This document shows positions 19,153 to 27,632 of a DNA stretch of 64,000 nt, one piece after another. This stretch comes from a virus. The position numbers and the translations under genes are program-made. The first letter of the stretch is position 1; the number at the start of each line of letters is the position of its first letter. The notes beneath the pieces were generated by a model. It saw only the letters and a list, made by a program, of their open reading frames with translations. It was not told the origin of the DNA and made no database searches. Location: IMG/VR virus record IMGVR_UViG_3300032265_001314, positions 1-64,000 of that record. One strand, given 5' to 3'.

Positions 19153-19184
19153 AAAGCTAGAGTTAATCACTCTAGCTTTTTTTT
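19153..19184 (+). terminator. Rho-independent terminator
   Basis: AAAGCTAGAGT-taatc-ACTCTAGCTTT followed by a T-run. Confidence 0.85.
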
Positions 19185-19191
19185 ATCATAG

Positions 19192-19219
19192 TTGACGTTT
19201 TTAATAATACTGTTATAAT
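19192..19219 (+). promoter_or_regulatory. Sigma70-type promoter
   Basis: TTGACG-16-TATAAT with extended TG. Confidence 0.7.
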
Positions 19220-19246
19220 GTAAGTGTTAAATAGATGTGAGGAATA

Positions 19247-19768
19247 ATGTCAAATACCTTACTGCTCAATGCTGATGCGCAACCAATGAGTCTCGTTCCA
19301 CTTTCTGCTATTGATTGGCAGAGTGCTATACGATACGTGTGGCTTGACAAGGCGAGGGTGCTGCACGAATATGAAGATTGGGCAGTACATAGTCCTAGCC
19401 TCACCTTAAAAGTTCCTGCAGTCATTATACTAAAGGAATTTATGAAACCAAAATCTCGTGTTAGATTTGGACGCAAGTGGGTGTTCCTCAGAGACAATTA
19501 TACTTGCCAATACTGTGCCAAAGAACTCACGCCAAAACAGTGTACTATTGACCACGTCATGCCGGTATCTAAAGGTGGTAAGACTACCTGGCATAACGTA
19601 GTTACGGCTTGCACAGATTGTAATAACAACAAGGGCAACAATCACAAGATACGTCCAAAGATTGAACCCGAACAACCTAACTACTGGCTGTTAGCCAGCA
19701 ATCGAAGGAAGAAGGAATGGCAGGTTCCCCACGAATCTTGGCTAAATTATATTGATGGACACAGATAA
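19247..19768 (+). CDS. HNH endonuclease (McrA-like)
   Basis: RDNYTCQYC, TIDHVMPVSKGG, NVVTACTDCNNNKG. Confidence 0.92.
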   Translation: MSNTLLLNADAQPMSLVPLSAIDWQSAIRYVWLDKARVLHEYEDWAVHSPSLTLKVPAVIILKEFMKPKSRVRFGRKWVFLRDNYTCQYCAKELTPKQCTIDHVMPVSKGGKTTWHNVVTACTDCNNNKGNNHKIRPKIEPEQPNYWLLASNRRKKEWQVPHESWLNYIDGHR

Positions 19769-20714
19769 CTTTTTTCCAGATCGACCTAAAACTCGTGTGC
19801 AATGGCTATTGGGCAATAATTGCAACTATAGCTGTAGCTATTGCCACGAGATGTTTCGTAAAGGAGACAGGCCGTTTCCTAACGAAGAACTGATAGTAGA
19901 AATATGTATGGATCTGATAACTCATTACGATGAGTTAGGGAGAGATGTTGTATTTGAATTCATAGGTGGAGAACCTACCCAAGCAGGTAAGCTATACAAT
20001 GTCGGTGCTAGGCTGCATAATCATCCAGTAAATTTTGTATTAAAAACTAACGGTAGCGCGGATCTAGATTGGTGGATTAATTCTAGGAAATATGTAAGTG
20101 ATGTGGTTATAAGCGTACATAGAGAATTCTGTGATCTCGACCATATTGAACAAGTTATTCAAATATTGAGGGACGAGAAACTGGGTAATCCTGTTAGCGT
20201 GCAAGTGTTGATACCCGCTACTAATGCCAAAGAAAGTTTTGATTGGGCAATAGCAACTAGGAAAAGATTACGCCAAAAATACGACTTAGGAGACTATCAG
20301 ATGCTGTTTAGCAATTTTGCTAGAGGCAGCGATATGTATATGCCCTATACTAATGAGCAGTGGGCAGAGTATTATAAATCCATCGGAAGAGAACCACCTG
20401 AGCCCAAAACTATAGATCAAAATCCTCTAGTAATGAGGAATACAGTTTCGCATCAGGAATCGATAGGCACAATTATACCTATAAAAAGAAATCCTCTAGA
20501 TTTCAGAGGTTATAGCTGTTATGCAGGTATTGAAACCCTAGTGATAGATAATGCTGGTTCTGTTTGGAGAGGATGGTGTAACCAAGGTGGCGTAGTTGGA
20601 TCTATATACGAGATGCCTGTAGTTTGGCCAAAAGACCCGTTAGTTTGTTCCAAAGAACTCTGTACTAACGGGTTCGATCAGATAGCTAAAAAAGAAATTA
20701 TTCCCCAGCCTTAG
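19755..20714 (+). CDS. Radical SAM protein with C-terminal twitch/SPASM-like Cys cluster
   Basis: CNYSCSYC, GGEPT, TNGS, CYAG...GWC...CSKELC; ends in TAG. Confidence 0.88.
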   Translation: MDTDNFFPDRPKTRVQWLLGNNCNYSCSYCHEMFRKGDRPFPNEELIVEICMDLITHYDELGRDVVFEFIGGEPTQAGKLYNVGARLHNHPVNFVLKTNGSADLDWWINSRKYVSDVVISVHREFCDLDHIEQVIQILRDEKLGNPVSVQVLIPATNAKESFDWAIATRKRLRQKYDLGDYQMLFSNFARGSDMYMPYTNEQWAEYYKSIGREPPEPKTIDQNPLVMRNTVSHQESIGTIIPIKRNPLDFRGYSCYAGIETLVIDNAGSVWRGWCNQGGVVGSIYEMPVVWPKDPLVCSKELCTNGFDQIAKKEIIPQP

Positions 20715-22716
20715 TAGATCTAGGACCGCCGTATTTTTCACCCTTCATCTTGATACCATCGAGCTTAACACGACGGTCGGCTACTTTTACACTCTTACCA
20801 CTCTTATGTGGTAGATATCCTTGGCTTATACAGCTAGAGAGTTGGCTTGCTCCCATGTTTCCACGCTTACGTGCATTAGCTTTACAGAATGCCCTAGAAG
20901 CCTTACCTGCTTCCATTAGCCAATAGTCGTCATCTTCCATATCTAAGAAACTGTTTTCATACATATGTTTGCCACCATTAGTATCCCATTGTGGACCACT
21001 TGGTGGAGCCATCTGTCCTTCGAGGTTAGTAGCGGCTTGCTTATCAGCGGCAGTAGGTGCCGGTGCTTTAGCAGGCTGCGATCCTGCCATAGCAGCTAAA
21101 CTATTAGTACGGGCTTGATTACCATCACCAGTCGCATTGATCGGTGGTAGATTTTTTACCATAGGGTCTGCACCATCTTCACCTACACTCGCTGTTTGGC
21201 TATGTGCTTGTGCTTGTTCTATGAATTTCTTTAGATTTTCTATCCCTTGGTTGATTGGAGCTATTAACTGTGTAACTGTTTGACCACCGAGGAAGTCTGT
21301 GAGATGCCATTCGATGTCACGCTCTAAACTCATCTGCATAGATTCTAATACTTGTTCTACGTGATTTAGCATATCACCGGCGCTAGCGTGACCCATAGGA
21401 CTAGTACCGGCATCTTCATCAAATGTATGTCCTAATATCTTACCAGTGTGATGTCCTAGATAACCGCCACCTAATGCTCCTGCTACTGGCAAAACTCCTA
21501 ACAGATTATCTGCGCCGCCGCCACCCATATAATATCCTAACCCGGCACCGCCTAGGGTTCCAAGTGTATCTAATATTCCTTCGTCGGTTTTCTTGTTCTT
21601 TTTCTTCTTAGCGATAGCTATAGCTGCTTGTTGTGCTGGATTGACAGCTTCTTTCTTCATAGCATTGCTTAACTGCTTAGTACCCTTGTCGGCTTTGTTA
21701 AACTCTTTAGCTACACTCGTCTTGATTCCTACCTTCTTAGCAAACTTAGGATTGTGTGCTGCTGCTGCCATCGTGCGAGCCTGCTTTTCACTAGTGCTTC
21801 TTTCAAACATACTTTCGTATTCTTTGGATCCATAAGAATCATCTTTGTATCCTGCCATATACTGTTCTATCTCTTTTGGATCAGTTAGCTTAACACGTAT
21901 AGCAGTACCGCCTGGGGTTTGTGCATACTTGTGTGGAGTAGCAGGACGACCGTAATAACCATCTGCTACTCCTCTATCATAAGGTGAACCTTTTTCTTTG
22001 CTCATATCATCTGAATCTTCAGCTGTAGTTACACGGTTCTGTATCTTGATTTCTGCGTATGGATAAGTCTTCTCAGCCTGCGCACGGAACTGCATAAAAA
22101 GTTCATTTGGCATAACGAATGTTCCGCCCGGACCGCGATACTTCATTAGATTTGGAAGGTCGCGCTGTGCTTGCTTATAGAATCTTGGTCCTACAGTAAA
22201 TGTTACAGTCTTCTGCGGTGCAGCTTGTCCTATGTCACGTATCTTTTTACCAAACATTGGATTTGGTTTCTTCTTGCGCTTTACAGTCACCTTCTCATCT
22301 GGCTTTTCTGGAGGAGCCGATGTTGGATCGTCCTTTTGATATAATGATATACGATCTCCGCCTTCTCTCCTCACCCAGTCAAAAAACTTACCGAGGAACC
22401 CTGCATCATCTGGAATCTTTTTAGGGGGGACTATGATGAGTGTCTTAGCAGATATGAATACTTTACCAAACTGTGTGTCGCCTAGCACTTCTTTTACTGC
22501 CTTTACGACGTCTTCTGCGCTGGTCAGTTTGTTGAACTTAACCCTAGCATTACCGTAATGCACTTGATCTGGACTGTTACCAAATCCTGCCCAACCAACT
22601 AGATACTGCTTTGGATTACCGTACTCGTCTTTTTGACCAGTATCCTTCGCACCAAAGCGCAGGAAGATATGTCCAGTAGGTGTAGATATCTCACTTAAAA
22701 CGTCGTTAAAATTCAT
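20698..22716 (-). CDS. Putative modular internal virion polyprotein (672 aa)
   Basis: TAAATA upstream; MNFNDVLSE leader; short modules bounded by Glu sites, including a Gly zipper. Confidence 0.6.
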   Translation of the reverse strand: MNFNDVLSEISTPTGHIFLRFGAKDTGQKDEYGNPKQYLVGWAGFGNSPDQVHYGNARVKFNKLTSAEDVVKAVKEVLGDTQFGKVFISAKTLIIVPPKKIPDDAGFLGKFFDWVRREGGDRISLYQKDDPTSAPPEKPDEKVTVKRKKKPNPMFGKKIRDIGQAAPQKTVTFTVGPRFYKQAQRDLPNLMKYRGPGGTFVMPNELFMQFRAQAEKTYPYAEIKIQNRVTTAEDSDDMSKEKGSPYDRGVADGYYGRPATPHKYAQTPGGTAIRVKLTDPKEIEQYMAGYKDDSYGSKEYESMFERSTSEKQARTMAAAAHNPKFAKKVGIKTSVAKEFNKADKGTKQLSNAMKKEAVNPAQQAAIAIAKKKKNKKTDEGILDTLGTLGGAGLGYYMGGGGADNLLGVLPVAGALGGGYLGHHTGKILGHTFDEDAGTSPMGHASAGDMLNHVEQVLESMQMSLERDIEWHLTDFLGGQTVTQLIAPINQGIENLKKFIEQAQAHSQTASVGEDGADPMVKNLPPINATGDGNQARTNSLAAMAGSQPAKAPAPTAADKQAATNLEGQMAPPSGPQWDTNGGKHMYENSFLDMEDDDYWLMEAGKASRAFCKANARKRGNMGASQLSSCISQGYLPHKSGKSVKVADRRVKLDGIKMKGEKYGGPRSTKAGE

Positions 22717-22740
22717 AATAGACCCCTCGATTGTATTTAT

Positions 22741-23316
22741 TTATTCATCCTCGTCCTCTTCAATGAAATCATCCTCGTCGAAATCTGGGACAGTACTAGG
22801 ATCATCGTAGTATTTGTATAAGGGTTCGTTGGGCATGATCTCACGATACTTGCCTGGCAACATCAATCCTAATACAGTCATGTCTTTGGGACTGAGTATA
22901 TCTGTGACATAGAAAGTGCTACTACATCTACCCGGTATCCTCTTGACTGGACCGTGTCTAACCTTGCCCTTGACGATGTTTGCGAAAGCATTACCAACTT
23001 CCCAGTTGAGCTGGATACGTGTAATACCTTTCTCCTTGTTGCGGAGCCGTGTGATATCGTGTTCTGTCAATACACAGATATTCGCACAGTTATCCTCATC
23101 AATCGTCACGAGACAATCTTTGAATTTAAGTGCGCCTTTGGTCCTTACATTATCGGGAGTTTCTTTTGTCGTCCAAGGTATGTTAGCATCAACATGCTCA
23201 ACATAATAGGTTTCACCCTTGGCCATCACTATCCACATTGGGACGGTGGAATCTTCTAAATGCTTTTTATTAAAGTGGAATACTGCTTCTTTACATACTA
23301 ATTCAATCTAGGCCAT
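22741..23316 (-). CDS. Hypothetical protein with in-frame amber codon at codon 3 (MA*IELVCKEAVFHFNKKHLED...)
   Basis: AAGGAGA SD, then ATG(23316) GCC TAG(23310-23308), then an open frame continuous with ORF 22741..23238 (576 nt = 192 codons). Confidence 0.75.
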
Positions 23317-23320
23317 AATA

Positions 23321-23345
23321 ATTTCTCCTTTGTTAGATGTTTATG
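23321..23345 (-). repeat. 25-bp promoter/RBS direct repeat, copy A
   Basis: CATAAACATCTAACAAAGGAGAAAT; 24/25 identical to 24053-24077. Confidence 0.85.
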
Positions 23346-23356
23346 GTTTAAAAATT

Positions 23357-24049
23357 CTATTTCTTTTCGCCTAATAGTTGTAGAAGATTAATAAAGATAT
23401 TAATAAAGTCTAGGTAAAGATTGAGGGCACCAACTACTCCGGCTTTTTCGCGCTCTTCACCATACGAATTATAATAAGTCTCTTTAATAGTCTGCATATC
23501 ATATGCAGTTAGTAGCGTAAATATTAACACACCAATAGCACTAATAGCAAGTGTCATGATACTGCTCTGTAGGAAAATGTTTACTATACCAGCAATCATC
23601 AACCCAATCAACCCCATCATTAAGAATGACCCCATACTACTTAGATCACGCTTAGTAGTATATCCCCATAATGCCATGCTACCAAAAGTAGCAGCACTGA
23701 TAAAGAACACCTGGAAGATACTGCCTAACTTAAAGATTAGAAAGATACTGCTTAGGCTTAATCCCATAGCTGCGGCAAATACCCAGAGGAACATCTTAGC
23801 TGCTGACGAATCGATCTTATCGATAACAAAAGCAAAGATTAGAGATAATCCCAACGGAGCAAAAACTGCTATCCACTTGAGAGGGCTTCCCCAAATATAC
23901 TGGGCTAACTCAGGCGATAACCCAATCCAAGCACTAACAATACCGCTAATAACCAAAGCGATAGACATATTGCTAAACACACCTAATAGATAGTTCCTAA
24001 GGCCCATATCATATTGTTGTTCGTGTGTATTATAAGCATATGTTTCCAT
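23357..24049 (-). CDS. Bax inhibitor-1/YccA family membrane protein
   Basis: About 7 TM helices; GYTTKRDLS, LTAYDMQTIK, GALNLYLDFINIF; ends in TAG. Confidence 0.93.
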   Translation of the reverse strand: METYAYNTHEQQYDMGLRNYLLGVFSNMSIALVISGIVSAWIGLSPELAQYIWGSPLKWIAVFAPLGLSLIFAFVIDKIDSSAAKMFLWVFAAAMGLSLSSIFLIFKLGSIFQVFFISAATFGSMALWGYTTKRDLSSMGSFLMMGLIGLMIAGIVNIFLQSSIMTLAISAIGVLIFTLLTAYDMQTIKETYYNSYGEEREKAGVVGALNLYLDFINIFINLLQLLGEKK

Positions 24050-24052
24050 TAG

Positions 24053-24077
24053 ATTTCTCCTTTGTTAGATATTTATG
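24053..24077 (-). repeat. 25-bp promoter/RBS direct repeat, copy B
   Basis: CATAAATATCTAACAAAGGAGAAAT (TAAATA plus SD). Confidence 0.85.
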
Positions 24078-24178
24078 AAGGTTCCCCAGTCCAGGTACAG
24101 GTTTACCTACAACCCCTCTAACATCTTAAGCAAAGGGCTCCGTTTATTAGACTGCCGAGTAGTTCCCCTTGCCAATAG

Positions 24179-24250
24179 TGGCGCTCTGTATGGGAGTTGA
24201 ACCCATCCTTGCAGTTTTAGAATCTGCTAGCTCTCCGCGAGCAACAAAGC
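24179..24250 (-). tRNA. Atypical tRNA with CUA anticodon (amber suppressor-like)
   Basis: GCTTTGT T GCTC-GCGGA-GAGC T AGCAGA-TTCTAAA-ACTGCA AGG ATGGG-TTCAACT-CCCAT ACAGAGC G CCA; 72 nt with encoded CCA. Confidence 0.8.
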
Positions 24251-24308
24251 AATTAGTAACCCCCCTGTTGCGCTGCTCTATGAGCAAGCGTGGGAGGTAT
24301 TGTTATTC

Positions 24309-24863
24309 TTATAGTGTAGCACCACCTAGAGGGCGATTGCAACCACAAAGTTCACCAGTACCTAGAGCATCTAATACACGTAGAGTCTCTTCTGGACTGC
24401 GGCCTACGTTTAGATCATTTACTGTGACGTGCTGGATAACATTATCTGGATCTACGATAAAAGTAGCTCGCAGACAAGCACCGCTATCTTGATGGAAGAT
24501 ACCAAGCTGTCCCACTAGCCCGCGTTCATCACGTAGTGTATCTGCAAACATCCAGCTGTTGGTCTTTTTTAGATCTTCGTGATTATTGCGCCAAGCTAAC
24601 TTTACATATTCATTATCTGTATTACCGATCAGCAACTTAGCATTGCGATCTTCAAACTGTTCTACCAACGCATCGTATGCTACAATCTCAGTAGGACATA
24701 CGAATGTAAAATCCTTGGGATAAAAAACGATAACCTTCCACCAACCTGCGAAACTGTTCTCGTCAATCATTTCAAACGCACCTGGCGGCTCATCATCATT
24801 TAGCACACCTGGACGTACTCCGGTAACCATAAATGGGGTAATCTTATCGCCTACTGTCTTCAC
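24309..24863 (-). CDS. ahpC: Peroxiredoxin (AhpC family)
   Basis: FYPKDFTFVCPTE, RATFIVDP, VGRSPEETLRVLDAL, GELCGCN. Confidence 0.95.
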   Translation of the reverse strand: MKTVGDKITPFMVTGVRPGVLNDDEPPGAFEMIDENSFAGWWKVIVFYPKDFTFVCPTEIVAYDALVEQFEDRNAKLLIGNTDNEYVKLAWRNNHEDLKKTNSWMFADTLRDERGLVGQLGIFHQDSGACLRATFIVDPDNVIQHVTVNDLNVGRSPEETLRVLDALGTGELCGCNRPLGGATL

Positions 24864-25057
24864 TGCTTGTTCTCCGTCATTTTTAACAGTTGATCTAGTT
24901 TATCTTCAATCCTAGTAAGTTGTTCCTTGATAGCATTATCAGTCGTATCAGGGCGAGGTACTGGTACAAACTTTCCGTCTCTACCACGGCTTAGGAAAAA
25001 CCCATTTCCCTTACCGTAACTTGTAAACTCGTGTATCCTTTTAGTATGCACATCCAT
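24860..25057 (-). CDS. Hypothetical protein
   Basis: AAGGA SD; coupled to ahpC. Confidence 0.55.
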   Translation of the reverse strand: MDVHTKRIHEFTSYGKGNGFFLSRGRDGKFVPVPRPDTTDNAIKEQLTRIEDKLDQLLKMTENKQ

Positions 25058-25078
25058 TGTACTTTCCTTTATAAAAAA

Positions 25079-25156
25079 TGGTCGGGGTACTCAGATTCGA
25101 ACTGAGGGTCTCCTGGTCCCAAACCAGGCGCGATGGCCAGACTTCGCTATACCCCG
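25079..25156 (-). tRNA. tRNA-Pro(TGG)
   Basis: CGGGGTATAGCG...CCTGG-TTTGGGA-CCAGG...GTTCGAATC...TACCCCGACCA. Confidence 0.95.
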
Positions 25157-25158
25157 AC

Positions 25159-25234
25159 TGGTGGAGACGGACGGGATCGAACCGACGACCTGAAGCTTGC
25201 AAAGCTACCGCTCTCCCAACTGAGCTACGTCCCC
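25159..25234 (-). tRNA. tRNA-Ala(TGC)
   Basis: GGGGACGTAGCTCAGTTGGGAGAGC...AGC-TTTGCAA-GCT...GTTCGATCC...CGTCTCCACCA; G3.U pair. Confidence 0.96.
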
Positions 25235-25284
25235 TTATTATTTTTATACTATATACTATTTTTTACGCTACGTCAACTAATATT

Positions 25285-25653
25285 TTAGTCATAATCACGG
25301 CAAACACGTATGTCGCGATATGCACCTATTCGATTGTCCCACTGTCGTACAAAATCACAGCGTTCCGGTCGACGATGGCGTTCGATGTAAACGGGTCGCT
25401 CTTCCACGATGATGCGCTCACGTGGCGGATTAGGCTGTTGCTGATCCATATTCTTACCAACTTCACTACCGATGAGAGCACCTGCGACAGCACCTAGGGC
25501 AGATCCTGCGGCGCCGCCTCCTAGTGACTTACCTACAGCATATCCGCCTACTGCACCTACGCCAGTACCAATAGCTTGGTTAGGACCGGTGCTTTGACAT
25601 CCTGCTGTTGCTAAAGCAATAATAGTAATTGAAATTGCTGTAGTGATTTTCAA
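25285..25653 (-). CDS. Glycine-zipper 2TM lipoprotein (17-kDa surface antigen-like)
   Basis: TAG-C lipobox; GTGVGAVGGYAVG...GAVAGALIGSEVGKNMD. Confidence 0.8.
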   Translation of the reverse strand: MKITTAISITIIALATAGCQSTGPNQAIGTGVGAVGGYAVGKSLGGGAAGSALGAVAGALIGSEVGKNMDQQQPNPPRERIIVEERPVYIERHRRPERCDFVRQWDNRIGAYRDIRVCRDYD

Positions 25654-25964
25654 TGTGCTTCTCCTTGTTTATTTAGTCTCTTGTTATTCCTATCTTGTAC
25701 TTTATCAGCTAAAAGATCTAATATCTCTATAGTAAAAGATTCTGCATCTAGTCCTGACATAGAAGATTGATGCATAAGTATATCTCTCTCTTCTCTTATC
25801 ATACTAACGATCGCTCTTCGTTCTTTTTCGATTTGATCTTGATCGATGCGACTCACGATCCTAGAAATCATTTTGATCAATCGCCTACCATAATAGCCTA
25901 TGAGTCCCAGAAGGATGATATTTACTATTAGTAACCACATGTCCATCACAGTAACAAACTTCAT
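25650..25964 (-). CDS. Hypothetical membrane-anchored protein
   Basis: N-terminal TM helix followed by a helical region. Confidence 0.6.
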   Translation of the reverse strand: MKFVTVMDMWLLIVNIILLGLIGYYGRRLIKMISRIVSRIDQDQIEKERRAIVSMIREERDILMHQSSMSGLDAESFTIEILDLLADKVQDRNNKRLNKQGEAH

Positions 25965-25977
25965 TTGGATCTCCTGA

Positions 25978-26211
25978 TCATTTAACTTTAGTTATACCAT
26001 ATTTGTCTATGTAGGTTTGAAAACGGCGATCGATATAATCGTCGAGATGCTTCTTAAAATCTGCTTTGGCAGGTATTAGTCGCTCTTCTCTTATTTGATT
26101 TAGCTCTTTATGATTGTGATATTTTTCTTCTTGCCACATATCATCTTGTGCATCAATCATATCCTCTAGAGATTTGAGTAGATCTTCAAGTATCTCACTG
26201 CTTGTTCTCAT
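25978..26211 (-). CDS. Hypothetical protein
   Basis: Operon packing. Confidence 0.6.
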   Translation of the reverse strand: MRTSSEILEDLLKSLEDMIDAQDDMWQEEKYHNHKELNQIREERLIPAKADFKKHLDDYIDRRFQTYIDKYGITKVK

Positions 26212-26213
26212 AG

Positions 26214-26450
26214 TTACACTTTCCTACATATCTGCTTGCCTGTAGCATCCATACGAGGAGTTATAGATCCACGAGATAGATATTGGCATCCTGTGAGATG
26301 ATCTGTAAGAACATTCATACCACTTGAATGATCTGGAAAGTCGCTATCGTCTTTAGGCTCAAAAGGTGCAGTCAGTTGCAGAGCAATGAGTATCCAAAAT
26401 ACGATCATAAACCCCGTAAATACCCTGTTGGTGGTGAAGAACTGTTTCAT
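26214..26450 (-). CDS. Small membrane-anchored protein
   Basis: TM helix plus VLTDHLTGCQYL; ATGA overlap. Confidence 0.6.
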   Translation of the reverse strand: MKQFFTTNRVFTGFMIVFWILIALQLTAPFEPKDDSDFPDHSSGMNVLTDHLTGCQYLSRGSITPRMDATGKQICRKV

Positions 26451-26743
26451 GCTATCTCCCACTTATATTCATCGATGGTCATTACGGTTTCTAAACCGTC
26501 GTATTCATCGATGCGATACTTAGTACCTGTTTCTAATTCACGGATGGAAAGTTCACCAGCCCAGTCGCTAGCCTCTGCGCCTAGTTCTTCGACAACTTGT
26601 ACAAGCAGCGGATCGTCACGACGTAATTCGCTCTCCCACCATCCCTCTGGTTCTGGTTGACCTTTGAGTTCCCAGTACCGATTAATCGCTGCTTTTGACA
26701 ATCCAAAACCACCAAAGCAGTTGTTGTATACGATCTTAGTCAT
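26447..26743 (-). CDS. Conserved phage hypothetical protein
   Basis: IVYNNCFGGFGLS...RDDPLLVQVVEELG...IDEYDGLE. Confidence 0.7.
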   Translation of the reverse strand: MTKIVYNNCFGGFGLSKAAINRYWELKGQPEPEGWWESELRRDDPLLVQVVEELGAEASDWAGELSIRELETGTKYRIDEYDGLETVMTIDEYKWEIA

Positions 26744-26746
26744 TTC

Positions 26747-27631
26747 TCACCCATTCAGTTTGAATTTAACATAATCTATTATAGCACCTGCGATATCTAT
26801 ATTGCAATATTTTTCAAATCCCTCGAAACCAGGTGCGCTATTAGCTTCACACACTTTAAAACCTTCTTGATCAAAAAGCAAGTCTATTCCTGCGATATCT
26901 AATCCTAGGCATTTTGCAGTCTCTCTGCAGAGTAAATCTAACTCATTAGTAATTTCAAATGATTCACCCGTACCGCCTCCTGTTATGTTAGCACGGAAGT
27001 CGCCCGGAGGACCAGTACGTTTCATAACACCTATAGTCTTGCCACCAACTACCCATACACGTAGATCAGTTCCAACTGCGGTATTGATAAACTCCTGCAC
27101 AATCATAGTTTTCTTGACGCCGAGATTATCTATGAGTTCCATAAGGTCCTCAAACAATTCTTTAGTTTGGCAGAGATGTACGCCTTTACCGTAACTGCCC
27201 TGTAATACTTTGACTACACATGGAAATCCTATTTCTTTTGCTACTAGGTCGCTAGAAACAGGAAACTTAACCAACATAGTTTTTGGCGTAGGTATATTGT
27301 TTTGTGCTAATATCTGGTGTGCTAAGAGCTTATCACCTACATTAGTGATAGCTTCGCTATTATTGATAGTAGGTACTGAAAACTTTTCTAGCTGTCGCAT
27401 AACAGCAGATCGAAAATAATTAGTACCAGACCCTACTCTAGTTAGCACCAACTTAGGCATGCTGATACTATCGCCTTTGTATCTAATGCTTTTAGTCCTG
27501 CTGCGGTTGACTATGATATCAAACTCATCAGGATGCATCAATCTTGCATCGATAGAATTGTTAGAGAATGTCTCTAACAACCTACGATTCTCATAGCTAT
27601 CGTTATGCTGGCTTAGTATCCAAACACTCAT
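26747..27631 (-). CDS. rimK: RimK-family ATP-grasp ligase
   Basis: GFPCVVK, GSYGKGV, QEFI, DLRVWVVGG, FRANITGGG, AGIDLL, EANSAPGF. Confidence 0.9.
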   Translation of the reverse strand: MSVWILSQHNDSYENRRLLETFSNNSIDARLMHPDEFDIIVNRSRTKSIRYKGDSISMPKLVLTRVGSGTNYFRSAVMRQLEKFSVPTINNSEAITNVGDKLLAHQILAQNNIPTPKTMLVKFPVSSDLVAKEIGFPCVVKVLQGSYGKGVHLCQTKELFEDLMELIDNLGVKKTMIVQEFINTAVGTDLRVWVVGGKTIGVMKRTGPPGDFRANITGGGTGESFEITNELDLLCRETAKCLGLDIAGIDLLFDQEGFKVCEANSAPGFEGFEKYCNIDIAGAIIDYVKFKLNG

Positions 27632-27632
27632 A

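Noticed and set aside
24066-24175. Hammerhead ribozyme
   Set aside because: The CTGANGA/GAAA core is absent
24179-24250. Calling the CUA tRNA a true tRNA-Pyl
   Set aside because: Dimensions match, but the T-loop is canonical, the anticodon stem is imperfect and no pyl genes are in the window
24169-25497. Plus-strand ORFs 24169-24492 and 25078-25497 (also 62136-62414 and 769-1041)
   Set aside because: They overlap tRNA/tmRNA or real genes on the opposite strand
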